From a virus (lineage: Duplodnaviria; Caudoviricetes): DNA of 64,000 nt. The notes below the pieces were generated by a model. That model was not told the origin of the DNA. It did not search any database and saw nothing but the letters and a program-made list of their open reading frames with translations. Of the stretch, positions 36,686 through 45,959 are shown piece by piece (position 1 is the stretch's first letter; each line of letters starts with the position of its first letter). A program made the translations under genes and the position numbers. The DNA lies in the IMG/VR virus record IMGVR_UViG_3300037067_013660, positions 32,001 to 96,000 of that record. One strand, given 5' to 3'.

Positions 36686-39600
36686 CGTCTTTTCTTTTCA
36701 CTTCAGTTTTCGGTTGCCTGGTTATTCCATAAATTCTGATTCCATCGCCTGCATCTATGGCGTTTTCGTCATCGTAGCGTTTTTGCTTCTTCTCCTTTTT
36801 AACTTGTATATCATGAACTAAACTTTCTTCTAAGAAACGAGACGGTGACGACATCGATAAACTACCGTCGCGAGATCTGCGGGCACGCGGCCACGTGAGC
36901 CATAGGCGTTCTTGTGCCCGCGTCACCGCAACGAAAAATATGCGACGTTCTTCTTCGTAGTGCTGTCGTATGTCGTCTGACGTCATTGTTTGCCCAGGTT
37001 CTCCCCTTGGGTATAGAGGAGTCGCACCTTCAACGCAGCCGATTACGAATACGTTTTTGAACTCCAGTCCTTTGGCAGCGTGTGCTGTCAATAACGTCAC
37101 ACTGTTGGGGTCTTTGTCTTTTTCGTCCTGCTGCATTAGTTGTGTATGCTCAAGGAAACCTCGTAAACCTTTGTGTCGTTTCTTCTTGTCTTTGGTATCG
37201 TCGAACTGATTGGCTGCATTGACCAATTCATATAGGTCTTCGATCACACGGTCGCGATATTTTTCGTCTCTGATGTTTTCGGCGTAACCAAGGTATCCGC
37301 TGTTTTTGAGAATCGCCTCGATGATGGGACCGGCTTTACGTTGGTCCATACGACGCCATTGTGCGAACACATCTCGTAGGCGGCGGAATCCATCGGCTGC
37401 CGACGCCAGCATACCGCATTTATCATAGAGTCGTTTGCCCAGCGCGACGAACAGTCTTGTGTCCTCGACTTCAGCCGCACGATTGAACGCAGCGAAACTA
37501 ACGGCTCCGATGCCCCGCGTTGGTTTATTGACGATGCGGGTAAAGGACGTATCCTCCTGTGGGTTTACAAGGAGACGAGCGTATGCTAAGATATCTTTGA
37601 TGGCGGCACGGTTGTAGAACGACAGTGAGCCAACGACGCGGTATGGTATGTTGCGTCCAACCGCCTCGTCTTCGATGGCACGACTTAGACTACGGATCCT
37701 ATAGATAATGGCGAAGTCACGCCAGTCGTCTTTACCTAGCTTTACCATGTCGCGGATCGTATTGATGACGAATCGTGTTTCGTCTTCCGTTGTTTTCAGT
37801 CCGTAGGATTTAGGTGTTTCGCCCTTTTGTTTGTGCGTCACGATGGTTTTGTCGGGACGATTAGTATTGTGCGCGATCAGTGCGTTCGCGACGGCCGCGA
37901 TGCCCGGCACACTACGGAAATTGGTCTGTAGCGTATAGGTCTTGGTTTCTGGAAATACTTTGTAGAAACGTTCTGTGTTGAGAATGTCGGCACCGCGCCA
38001 CCCATAAATAGAATTGTGTACTAGAACATTATTCGCACAGTAGTTCCGCAACTCTGGTATAGATAAATCATACACGTAACCATCGTAATGCACCCTTTTG
38101 ACGGATATTATTTTTTCGTCTCGTACTTTACTGTCTAGCTGTACCACTGGTACGGTAATCCCTGGAAAAGCGTTACCTATGGGCATAAAATCATACGTTT
38201 TATCCTCAGTAAATTTAGCAGTACGCATAATATTTGCGTTTACGTTTTCTGCGACATGTCGTACCTCTTCGTATAACTTATCATAGTCTTTTAGTGATTT
38301 TTGTATTTTCCATCGAAATCTTGGATTTCTATTCGTTACGTGCCCGCCTAGGCGTTTACCAGCACTTACCCACAGATTTTTACTTGAACTGTGTAGTGAT
38401 AATGTATGTCCATGCACAACAGTTCCATACTCACCCTTACATTTGCGTCCTTGTGCAAACATAGAAAAATGTGCTGTGGTTCTGTGCGCCGTACTGCCGC
38501 CACTCGCTGTGTAGTGCGGATACTCAAATGACAGTCCAAGTTGTTCAAGACATTTACTTGCTCTGTATTTTGTGTCTATATTTGCGAATAGGTGATCTAT
38601 ACCTTCCTGTGTTATATTTATGTTTCTACCGCTACTGTAAAAGCATACAAGAGGTATTCCATAGCGTGTAGCTAAAGTTGCTTCCCATTCGGCCGCTTCA
38701 TTTTTATCGTTACATACGCGAAGAATCCAAGTTCGATCTGCGTGCTCTTGCCGCATACGTACAATGGGACCAAACGCTGATTTACCATTACCCTGACTAC
38801 GATACGATTTACACCATCCAATACGACAACCTACGTCTTCTTTGTACATTAGGTACACGTAGAACTTGTCGTCAGCATTTGTCGGTAGTTTGCCAAAAAT
38901 GCAGTGTTCAGGTGTGCCTCGTACGACCCTGTTTGATTCTGTTATTATTTCAATCAAATCGCCAACATATTTTCGTTTTGCCACTGCAGCAACTTTACCG
39001 TATGCAGTGTATCCATATCCGCTACCACCCAATACCCAATCTTTCTTTCTGATGGTTTCAATTGGGCGCGTACCATTGTTCGTGGTAATTGGCGTACCTG
39101 CAGGTAAGCATTGATCAGTATCCCCAACGATAAACACGTTGCCTCGCTGTTGCGTCAACAGCCGAACCAATTCAAACTGTGAGAAGTTCGTATCCTGCCA
39201 CTCGTCTACCAGCATGTGGTGAATATTATGATTGTAGAACTTCTGTAATGATTCGTTGCGCCGCAACCCCAACACCGTCTTCATGATGAGGTCGTCGAAG
39301 TCCAGCATACCGTCGTGTACCAGTCGTCGCTGGTACTCTCGGTAGTACGGGATGTACTCGGGAAACCGAGTATTGGATTCATTCAGGTCGTCTGGGGTTC
39401 GAACGTAGTCTTTGTGTCCAGAGATCCAACTGCGAACGTACCGTACGTTCTCCTCGTTTTCTTCTGGGTTCCGCCGCATTTGTCGCGCTACCGTCGCGAT
39501 CGCAATTTTCGTCAACTCGTTGGCGTCGCCTTCGTCTGCGATCGTAAAGTTGCGCGGTACGCCGTACTGTTTGAAGTTGGCACGCAGTAGCGTAGCGCAA

Positions 39601-39881
39601 AACGAATGGAACGTCGAGAGCCAGACGTGGCGACCCGCACCCCCGACGAGACGCTGGACCCGCTCCTTCATTTCGCCCGCCGCCTTGTTCGTGAACGTCA
39701 CGCCCACGATGTTGGTAGGGCTGACGCCGTGCTTGATCAGGTAGGCGATGCGCTTCGTGATGGTCGAGGTTTTGCCCGAACCTGCGCAACTCATCACCAT
39801 GGCGGGGCCCGCGAGATGCAGGACCGCGACACGCTGCTCTGGCGTCAGCCCTTTTAGGATGTCTAGGCATTCCAGACTCAA
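36537..39881 (-). CDS. uvrD: UvrD/PcrA SF1 helicase containing an intein
   Basis: TTG start with GGGAGG RBS; AGSGKT, VTFTNKAA, STFHS, VDEWQDTN, VGD.DQ|SIYGWRGA, NFRS, T.H.AKGLEF, EERR.F.VA.TRA. Confidence 0.95.
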   Translation of the reverse strand: MSLECLDILKGLTPEQRVAVLHLAGPAMVMSCAGSGKTSTITKRIAYLIKHGVSPTNIVGVTFTNKAAGEMKERVQRLVGGAGRHVWLSTFHSFCATLLRANFKQYGVPRNFTIADEGDANELTKIAIATVARQMRRNPEENEENVRYVRSWISGHKDYVRTPDDLNESNTRFPEYIPYYREYQRRLVHDGMLDFDDLIMKTVLGLRRNESLQKFYNHNIHHMLVDEWQDTNFSQFELVRLLTQQRGNVFIVGDTDQCLPAGTPITTNNGTRPIETIRKKDWVLGGSGYGYTAYGKVAAVAKRKYVGDLIEIITESNRVVRGTPEHCIFGKLPTNADDKFYVYLMYKEDVGCRIGWCKSYRSQGNGKSAFGPIVRMRQEHADRTWILRVCNDKNEAAEWEATLATRYGIPLVCFYSSGRNINITQEGIDHLFANIDTKYRASKCLEQLGLSFEYPHYTASGGSTAHRTTAHFSMFAQGRKCKGEYGTVVHGHTLSLHSSSKNLWVSAGKRLGGHVTNRNPRFRWKIQKSLKDYDKLYEEVRHVAENVNANIMRTAKFTEDKTYDFMPIGNAFPGITVPVVQLDSKVRDEKIISVKRVHYDGYVYDLSIPELRNYCANNVLVHNSIYGWRGADILNTERFYKVFPETKTYTLQTNFRSVPGIAAVANALIAHNTNRPDKTIVTHKQKGETPKSYGLKTTEDETRFVINTIRDMVKLGKDDWRDFAIIYRIRSLSRAIEDEAVGRNIPYRVVGSLSFYNRAAIKDILAYARLLVNPQEDTSFTRIVNKPTRGIGAVSFAAFNRAAEVEDTRLFVALGKRLYDKCGMLASAADGFRRLRDVFAQWRRMDQRKAGPIIEAILKNSGYLGYAENIRDEKYRDRVIEDLYELVNAANQFDDTKDKKKRHKGLRGFLEHTQLMQQDEKDKDPNSVTLLTAHAAKGLEFKNVFVIGCVEGATPLYPRGEPGQTMTSDDIRQHYEEERRIFFVAVTRAQERLWLTWPRARRSRDGSLSMSSPSRFLEESLVHDIQVKKEKKQKRYDDENAIDAGDGIRIYGITRQPKTEVKRKDGGANAVIRNRTQNLSEGQSQEDLRAARREHLRRLATRGIATTRPTKSNH
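38013..39110 (-). mobile_element. Intein (366 aa) with a GIY-YIG-like endonuclease in UvrD
   Basis: Starts CLPAGTPIT, ends VYDL...NY.ANNVLVHN before the extein Ser; 'FYVYLM......RIG' GIY-YIG-like motif; AT-rich relative to flanks. Confidence 0.9.
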
Positions 39882-40036
39882 ACTGCCAACCTCCCGGTTA
39901 ACGAGTTGCTGGATTTCCGTCGTCGTTGATCCCGCTGGTGTGTCATCACGACAGTATTAGTCTTACTAGATCTCTTACGGTAGCTCGTAGCCTCGGGCTT
40001 GTGTATTCTCATTGCTTCTCGCTCTAAAAAGTATGT

Positions 40037-40297
40037 CTACTGGCTTCGCCACTGTCGCTCCGCTTCTTCCACCAGGGCCCGCAGTTTAGTTAAGTCGCGT
40101 TCGGTTGGCTTGTAACCGAAGATCGATTTGTAGCGTTGCTGCAGGGCTCGGCGCTGCAACTCCGTTTCGGAAATCTCGCGCTTGGGCACAGGTTTTTCCT
40201 CTTCGATCTTGACGACGAAATGTTGGTCCGTGACGTTGACGTGCTGCTGGTACGCCTCTTCGTACTGCTCGTCAAACTGTTGCTTCTTCTTAGCCAT
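40037..40297 (-). CDS. Small hypothetical protein
   Basis: ATG 40297 just after the upstream stop; 86 aa, charged. Confidence 0.6.
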   Translation of the reverse strand: MAKKKQQFDEQYEEAYQQHVNVTDQHFVVKIEEEKPVPKREISETELQRRALQQRYKSIFGYKPTERDLTKLRALVEEAERQWRSQ

Positions 40298-40302
40298 GGA
40301 AC

Positions 40303-40854
40303 TCAAATCCCTTGCTTCCAGAGTTTCGCGTAAAATTCGTACGCGGCGTGGTCGGCCACTGGGGCCGAGTGTTGTTGATCCATCTTGTGTCGTACGATCC
40401 ATAAATAGTCAAAGACGCCAACGCCAAAGCGTAGGAGCCGAACGGCAGCGTCGTCGTACAGCACTTTCATTTGTCGAAACTTGACGTCCGTGGGCTCCGA
40501 ATAACTCAACGACACGTACCGCGTGTAGCCGTGAATTATGGGGGCGCCACTAAACATCAATACGTAACCTACGGGACGATTGCGTCCACCTTCCTGGCCA
40601 TTCACGCAGAACAGTACCACATTTTCGTGCTCGTGCAAAGAGGCTAGGTGTGGCTTCTCTTTACCAACGAATCGTTTCTGCAAAACCGCATAGGAACTCT
40701 GCCCCACGGTCGTGACGATGTTGTCGTGGAGCTGATTCCAATGTTTGCGGAGATGGCGTGTTAGTCGGCCGACTGGTCCCCCAGCATCATCGCCACGTAC
40801 TCGATCTGGCTGTCGTCCGTCTTGACGAGGATTCGGAGAAACTCTTTGTTCCAT
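40303..40854 (-). CDS. Hypothetical protein, weakly GNAT-like (start uncertain)
   Basis: 'RPVGYVL...GVG...AYEFYAKL' recalls GNAT motifs; fills the gap between the clamp gene and the next gene. Confidence 0.4.
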   Translation of the reverse strand: MEQRVSPNPRQDGRQPDRVRGDDAGGPVGRLTRHLRKHWNQLHDNIVTTVGQSSYAVLQKRFVGKEKPHLASLHEHENVVLFCVNGQEGGRNRPVGYVLMFSGAPIIHGYTRYVSLSYSEPTDVKFRQMKVLYDDAAVRLLRFGVGVFDYLWIVRHKMDQQHSAPVADHAAYEFYAKLWKQGI

Positions 40855-41897
40855 GATTCTACCGTCAGGGGCACCGACTTGGGCGCCACCTTGATGAATT
40901 CCTCAAAGTAACTAGACCGCACGATAATTTGAGCCGTCCCCCTGGCCTTGAGGTTCGCGACCTCCATTCTGTAGACGGCGGCGTTGTCTTGCGCGTACTG
41001 TTTTAGGATCGCGCCCTTTTCCTTGTTGGCCAGGATCTCCATCTTGGCCTTGACGTCCTTGCGGCTACTCACGGGCTTGACGGACTCGATCGCCTTCTTG
41101 GCCTCGGCCTGCATGATGTCGAAACGGCAGTCAAGTTTCTTCTTATCCGCCGTGATGGTTTCGATCATCTTGTCGGTGTCCATGTGTTCTTTATCGACGG
41201 TCGGGTGGTAGCAGTCGAAGTCCTTGGTCGCCAACTGCACGATGCTCCCGTCCTTCGATAACCCGATCGTTACGACGTCACCCGCCACCTCCGTGATGAT
41301 TTTGCTGAGGAGCGTGTCGCCCAGCGTGAAGTGGAACTTCTGCTTGGCCTTGATGGCGTCGGACGTCATGCAGAAACGCCCGCACGACAAATGGTCGATG
41401 CCCGCGTACTCGAAAGAATTGGCGTCGATGGAGATCTGGACGGTGTAGCCGTCCTTGATCTCACTCTTGTACGTCGCGAACTCAGCACCCGATTGCAGGG
41501 CGGTTCGGGGGATTTTCGCCAACGCCGAAATCTTTGCGACGGCACCACGCTGTTCCTTGATTTCAGCCTCGGCACTTTCGTGCAGGGCCCAGACGTACGA
41601 CGCCTTGCCGTCTGAAAACTTTACCTTGTCCTTGGCGGCGTCGATCGTGACGTTGCCCGTCAATTTCATGCGGGCCAAATCTTGGATGTTGATGCCGAAG
41701 GATCCTTCCCGCAGCAGTTGTGCGGGACAACGCTTCGCCACGTAGGCACCCATGCGGGCCGATACGATCTCTAGCGATTCTTCCGAGATCGACAGCATGC
41801 CGGGCTGTAGGTCATCGTCGCCTTGGCCGAAACCCTGTACTGCCCCCACGGTCTTGATGGCGGACATCAAGAGACCAGCGTCTACTTTTGCCTTCAT
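40761..41897 (-). CDS. dnaN: DNA polymerase III beta sliding clamp-like protein
   Basis: ATG 41897 with GGGAG RBS; 378 aa; three-domain periodicity 'MKAKVD...L..AI..V', 'KIPR..L', 'F.I...E.KKAI..V'; ends YVAMML; in the replication cluster. Confidence 0.65.
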   Translation of the reverse strand: MKAKVDAGLLMSAIKTVGAVQGFGQGDDDLQPGMLSISEESLEIVSARMGAYVAKRCPAQLLREGSFGINIQDLARMKLTGNVTIDAAKDKVKFSDGKASYVWALHESAEAEIKEQRGAVAKISALAKIPRTALQSGAEFATYKSEIKDGYTVQISIDANSFEYAGIDHLSCGRFCMTSDAIKAKQKFHFTLGDTLLSKIITEVAGDVVTIGLSKDGSIVQLATKDFDCYHPTVDKEHMDTDKMIETITADKKKLDCRFDIMQAEAKKAIESVKPVSSRKDVKAKMEILANKEKGAILKQYAQDNAAVYRMEVANLKARGTAQIIVRSSYFEEFIKVAPKSVPLTVESWNKEFLRILVKTDDSQIEYVAMMLGDQSAD

Positions 41898-42730
41898 TTT
41901 TTCTCTCCCACCAGTGTCGTGACGTCTTTGATTTCGGTACCGCGTGCCCCTAACCAAGCGGTTAGGGCTTTGACGTCGCCGACGCGTTGATCGATTTCAA
42001 GTTCCAAGTCGGTCCTCAGTTTGGTCAGGCGTTCGTATAGTTTTACAACCGATATTTTGTCATGGATCCGTTCCTTTTCTTTGGGTGTAAGCCAGTCGGC
42101 CGTCTTGATGATGTGGCGGATCCGACCAGCCGTCTGGGCTTCGGTCGCCAACCGCAGGAGCTTGTCCTTGGGTACCCGCTGGATCGCCCGAGGGATTTGA
42201 TCCGATGCGTCACCCATCAACGCCTTGGCCAGCGGGATGACGGCGGGGTCGGCGCCGAAGAGTCGGCGGCAGGCAAAGCGGTCGATCGCGAGGGTCGAGT
42301 TCTTGACTTTTGCCTGGACGGAAACGCGTGAGCAAATCATCTGCCACACGTCGCGGTCGTTCGACAGGATCGTGTGGTCGCCAGGACGTTGCACGAACGT
42401 CGCGATGGCGTCGTCGGCCTCGCCGTGTTGCGCCCGTATGATCCAGCATGTAGTATGGTGTAGCATACCGACGACTTCGGTGCGGGCGGCGTTGAATTCA
42501 GGTGATGGAATACGGTCGGCTTTGTAGCAGGGCAGCAAAGCTCTGCGTTCCGCCGTTCCTTTGCCTTCGAGCGCGTAGACCATGCGGGCAAACGGGTGTT
42601 GGCGGCGTTGTCGCACCATCATGGTGCCGACGAGGTGCAGGTAATGCTGGTCCGCGACGGCGGCGGCCCGTGCCACCACGTTCGACAAATCCACCACCAG
42701 GAACTGATCACGCTGCTGCAAAAAACGCAT
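41894..42730 (-). CDS. 5'-3' exonuclease/flap endonuclease (Pol I N-terminal domain family)
   Basis: VVD.SN...R, YKADR, EADDAIAT, ILSNDRD..Q, KALMGD.SD.IP motifs. Confidence 0.9.
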   Translation of the reverse strand: MRFLQQRDQFLVVDLSNVVARAAAVADQHYLHLVGTMMVRQRRQHPFARMVYALEGKGTAERRALLPCYKADRIPSPEFNAARTEVVGMLHHTTCWIIRAQHGEADDAIATFVQRPGDHTILSNDRDVWQMICSRVSVQAKVKNSTLAIDRFACRRLFGADPAVIPLAKALMGDASDQIPRAIQRVPKDKLLRLATEAQTAGRIRHIIKTADWLTPKEKERIHDKISVVKLYERLTKLRTDLELEIDQRVGDVKALTAWLGARGTEIKDVTTLVGEKK

Positions 42731-42890
42731 ATTTCAACTTTTGTCGTCAACTACCCCTAGCTAAAGCAAGGGGCTTGTGAGATCCAGTCTCATGTTTTTC
42801 CGAGTTCGTCGAAGATGCTTACGTTTAACCCAAAGGCTAAAAGCAGAGGCAACCTCTCCCTCGGCGTAACTTCCTGGCGTTGCACCGGTA
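42726..42890 (-). ncRNA. Putative TnpB omega/reRNA (scaffold overlapping the tnpB 3' end, plus a ~20-nt flank-derived guide)
   Basis: Inferred from the known TnpB architecture; right-end hairpin present; boundaries approximate. Confidence 0.5.
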
Positions 42891-44011
42891 GATTTACAAA
42901 ACAGATAAAGGTTGACAAGGTTTTGTGCGGCGGTTTGATCTCGATCATGTTGAGCACCACACTCTGGACAAGTCCATTGCCTTATGGACAGGTCTTTGGT
43001 GTTTTTATTTCGGTACCCACAGCAGCTACACAATTGGGAGCTAGGGAACCATCTGGAAACCTTGATGAACAACTTTCCTTGCCGTTCAGCACAAGTCTTC
43101 AACATGGTTCTCAGCTCACCGAAACCCAACCGACCGATGGATTTGCCATAGCGTCTGCGTTTACCCCTCTTCATCATGGAGACGAGATCAATATCCTCCA
43201 CCACGACGACATCGTAACGCTTAAACAACTTACAGCAAATCAGCCTCAGAAGGTTGTTCCTTTTGTTCCTTGTCTTTTCGTGGATCAACGCAACCTTTAT
43301 CTTTTGTTTTTCGTATCCTCTGGATCCGATCTTCCTCCTACTGAGAATTCGCTGGGCTCGGGACAATTTCTTTTCCTGACTTCGTATCCACTCCAGGTGT
43401 TTGGCTTTCGCGCCTTCGTTGGTCACGATCAGGTCATGAAAAGAAAAGTCCAAGCCAACTACGTTGGTGGGGTTGATCTCATCAAGGATGGGATCTGCTT
43501 GTTCCGTCAGAATAGAAACAAAGTATTTACCTGTAGGTTCTTGCGTGATGGTCGCGCTCTTAACCTTACCCTCTACCCTACGGTAGAGCACCACGTCCAA
43601 GAGCCCAACTTTGGGCAGCCTGAGTTTACCGCATTCAATCCTGACCTGTTGCCCTGCACCAGTTGGATTGGTCGTGTAACTCTTCTTTGTTTTGTGCTTG
43701 GACTTAAACTTAGGGAATCTGGTCTTACGTTTCTTAGGGAGTTTTCTGTCTTTGAGAAAACGAGCTAACGATTGTTTAAGATTCATCTGAACGTTACACA
43801 GTGCCATGCTATCTACGTCAGACAGAAATGGGTAAGCTTCTTTGTAGTAAGCGGGCGTCGGGTAAGTAAACTTCTTGGTTTTCTCGTAGGAGACTTTAAG
43901 ATCATGCAGCATCAGGTTCCAAACGAATCGAACACAGCCAAACGTCTGGTTCAGCAGATCGGCTTGCTGATCATCTGGGTAAGCTCGAAATCTGTAGGCT
44001 TTATTCAGCAT
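42761..44011 (-). CDS. tnpB: TnpB RNA-guided endonuclease
   Basis: KAYRFRAYP/FGCVRFVWN HTH; RuvC-I VGLD, RuvC-II VVVED, zinc finger SSQLCSCCG..WTCPECG, RuvC-III HDRD..AA.N. Confidence 0.95.
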   Translation of the reverse strand: MLNKAYRFRAYPDDQQADLLNQTFGCVRFVWNLMLHDLKVSYEKTKKFTYPTPAYYKEAYPFLSDVDSMALCNVQMNLKQSLARFLKDRKLPKKRKTRFPKFKSKHKTKKSYTTNPTGAGQQVRIECGKLRLPKVGLLDVVLYRRVEGKVKSATITQEPTGKYFVSILTEQADPILDEINPTNVVGLDFSFHDLIVTNEGAKAKHLEWIRSQEKKLSRAQRILSRRKIGSRGYEKQKIKVALIHEKTRNKRNNLLRLICCKLFKRYDVVVVEDIDLVSMMKRGKRRRYGKSIGRLGFGELRTMLKTCAERQGKLFIKVSRWFPSSQLCSCCGYRNKNTKDLSIRQWTCPECGAQHDRDQTAAQNLVNLYLFCKSTGATPGSYAEGEVASAFSLWVKRKHLRRTRKNMRLDLTSPLL

Positions 44012-44019
44012 AACTAGGG

Positions 44020-44047
44020 ATTATACCTAATGTTTTACTAAAATCAA
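44020..44047 (-). promoter_or_regulatory. Sigma70-type promoter for tnpB
   Basis: TTGATT, 16-nt spacer, TATAAT, 8 nt before the ATG (near-leaderless). Confidence 0.55.
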
Positions 44048-44125
44048 CAGCTAACTATTGTTTTTCTTCAAAATAAACGATCCTGGTAATTTTTTGTCTT
44101 GACAACCGTGTTTTGATGCCGCACC

Positions 44126-44392
44126 TTATAGATAAGGGCAAGGTTTTGCCCAGGAGCAAAAGAGGTGCAACACCTCAGTAGACAGCAGTTGCGGCAGTTG
44201 CAGCGGTATCCACGAGCCGCTTCCGTTTGGAAGCGCCGTGGCGTGCATCTGGCGTCCACGACCCGCGTAGAGGTCGTGAACGGTCAGGTGCGGATCGTCC
44301 GCCAGGGCACCTGACCGCTTGACCCGGCAGGCTACAGCCCCGCGCCCAAGTAGCCGGCCACGGGTTTGCCCAACGGTTTTGAACCGTAACAT
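44126..44392 (-). CDS. Possible small hypothetical protein
   Basis: 88-aa ORF filling the gap between dnaB and tnpB; a competing ORF exists at 44175..44408. Confidence 0.3.
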   Translation of the reverse strand: MLRFKTVGQTRGRLLGRGAVACRVKRSGALADDPHLTVHDLYAGRGRQMHATALPNGSGSWIPLQLPQLLSTEVLHLFCSWAKPCPYL

Positions 44393-44417
44393 GCCGTTTT
44401 TGTTTCATTTTCCCGCA

Positions 44418-45959
44418 TCAATCCAGTCCACCGGCCCCAACGGCGCGTTTCTTCCGCTTCTTCGCCTTCCCTGAGCCCCTTGGTTTGCCCGTCCTGGCCT
44501 TCCGTTTCGTGCCCTTGTCCCCACTACCCCGCCGCCCCTTCTTCGCGCCACGGGGGCGTTTCGTGCGCCTGGCGGCCGGTAGGGCGTCGAGGGGGGAGTC
44601 AAGGGGTGAATCGAGGTCCTGGGGGTACTGGCGTGTCACGGCCGAACCCCCGCCACCACCTCCACCGCCCGCGTAGTCCGTGACGCCCAAGCACTCGACC
44701 CTCATCTGGTCCATTCTGAAGTACGTGTTGAGCGTCACGGCCCTGCCGTGCCGTGCCTTCGCCAGCTCGATCTGCACCTGTCCCGACTGTTTCTCCTCCT
44801 CGCCGTATCGCCACCGCAGCCACCAGTCCGCGTCCTCCTCGGGGCCGGATCCATATTTGACGCCGTCGTCCTTGTTCATCTGCGTCAGGATCACGATCAC
44901 GCAGTTCAGGCGCCCCGCCAGTTGCTTCAGGTAGCGGCCGATTTCTTTCTGCACCATCCACATGTCGTTCGACCCCATGGCCAAGAGCGAGATGTAGTCG
45001 ATGACGATGACGTCGTATCCGAAGGGGCCGAGGTCCAGCTCGATGTTTTCGGCCCGGTACGTCGGGTCCTTCACGTCCCACGGGGTAAAGCGATTTTGGT
45101 ACTTCGCTGCCGTCTCCATCTCAAACGCGACCCAAGCACGTTGCACCGCGTAGCGTTCGGCTTTGGTGAGGCGCCGCGCCCTGACTTTGCTGGCATCCAT
45201 TTCTCCGATGTTGGCGACGAGCCGTTCCTTGATCTGTTCCTCGGCCATTTCTAACGACAGGAACCCGACGTTGCACCCAGCCTTGAACTGGTTGACCATC
45301 ATCTGGAGGGCCAACGCGGTCTTGCCGCCGCCGCGCGGTGCCGTCACGACGACCAAGTCACCGCGCGAGAACCCGACGATTTGTTCGTCCAGGGAACTGA
45401 GGCCCGTTGAAACGAACTTGCGGTCGTTTCGTTTGAAGAACTTTTTGAAGTCGGCCTTGATGTCCGCGAGGGTACGGCCTTGCCCGTAGTGGACCACGTG
45501 TTTGGAGCGGTCCTCTTGCAACTCCTTGAGGATTTGGATCAAGGCGCTTTGGGCCTGCTGGATCGTCTGTTCCGACCGCTTACCCGTACAGATGCCGTAA
45601 AGCCGTTTGGATCCTTGCAGGAGCACGCGGGCTTGCCGGTGCGAATGGAGGATCTGAACCAGGCGCTTGGCCTTCGCGAGTGAGTAGCGGCTGGCGGCCA
45701 CGCGGGTCCTGTGCTTGACCTTCAGCAGTTCTTTGGTGTCGTCGCTTAGGGCGCCGTCTTCGCGAAACAACGTGACGTCGCCGAACGTGCGGCCGTACTT
45801 GATCAGCGCGTCCATGCGGCGCCGAATTTCTTTTCCCTCGTCGGAGCCGAAATCCTCGACGCGCGTTTCCGCCAGCAGGTAATTGCGGACCTTGCGGTTG
45901 CGACTCTCAAGGATCCCCAGCACGACCTTGAGTTCAACGTTTTGGTTGATGGTCTTCAA
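44418..45959 (-). CDS. dnaB: DnaB-like replicative helicase
   Basis: Probable TTG start 45959 (TTGA overlap, GAGG RBS); STG...LD, TAPRGGGKT, LSLEM, IDYISL, LTQMN, EEDAD, AKARHG. Confidence 0.9.
   Translation of the reverse strand: MKTINQNVELKVVLGILESRNRKVRNYLLAETRVEDFGSDEGKEIRRRMDALIKYGRTFGDVTLFREDGALSDDTKELLKVKHRTRVAASRYSLAKAKRLVQILHSHRQARVLLQGSKRLYGICTGKRSEQTIQQAQSALIQILKELQEDRSKHVVHYGQGRTLADIKADFKKFFKRNDRKFVSTGLSSLDEQIVGFSRGDLVVVTAPRGGGKTALALQMMVNQFKAGCNVGFLSLEMAEEQIKERLVANIGEMDASKVRARRLTKAERYAVQRAWVAFEMETAAKYQNRFTPWDVKDPTYRAENIELDLGPFGYDVIVIDYISLLAMGSNDMWMVQKEIGRYLKQLAGRLNCVIVILTQMNKDDGVKYGSGPEEDADWWLRWRYGEEEKQSGQVQIELAKARHGRAVTLNTYFRMDQMRVECLGVTDYAGGGGGGGGSAVTRQYPQDLDSPLDSPLDALPAARRTKRPRGAKKGRRGSGDKGTKRKARTGKPRGSGKAKKRKKRAVGAGGLD

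Larger units (their letters stand above)
42746..44047 (-). mobile_element. TnpB-only IS200/IS605-family element (IS1341-like)
   Basis: tnpB with no tnpA; terminal hairpin GTCAACTACCCCTAGCTAAAGCAAGGGGCTTG at 42746-42777; AT-rich; left end not resolved. Confidence 0.75.

Noticed and set aside
42815-43768. 317-aa plus-strand ORF
   Set aside because: Antisense shadow of tnpB with no recognisable motifs or RBS.
44099-44130. Plus-strand TTGACA promoter
   Set aside because: No acceptable -10 hexamer at 16-18 nt spacing and no downstream plus-strand gene.
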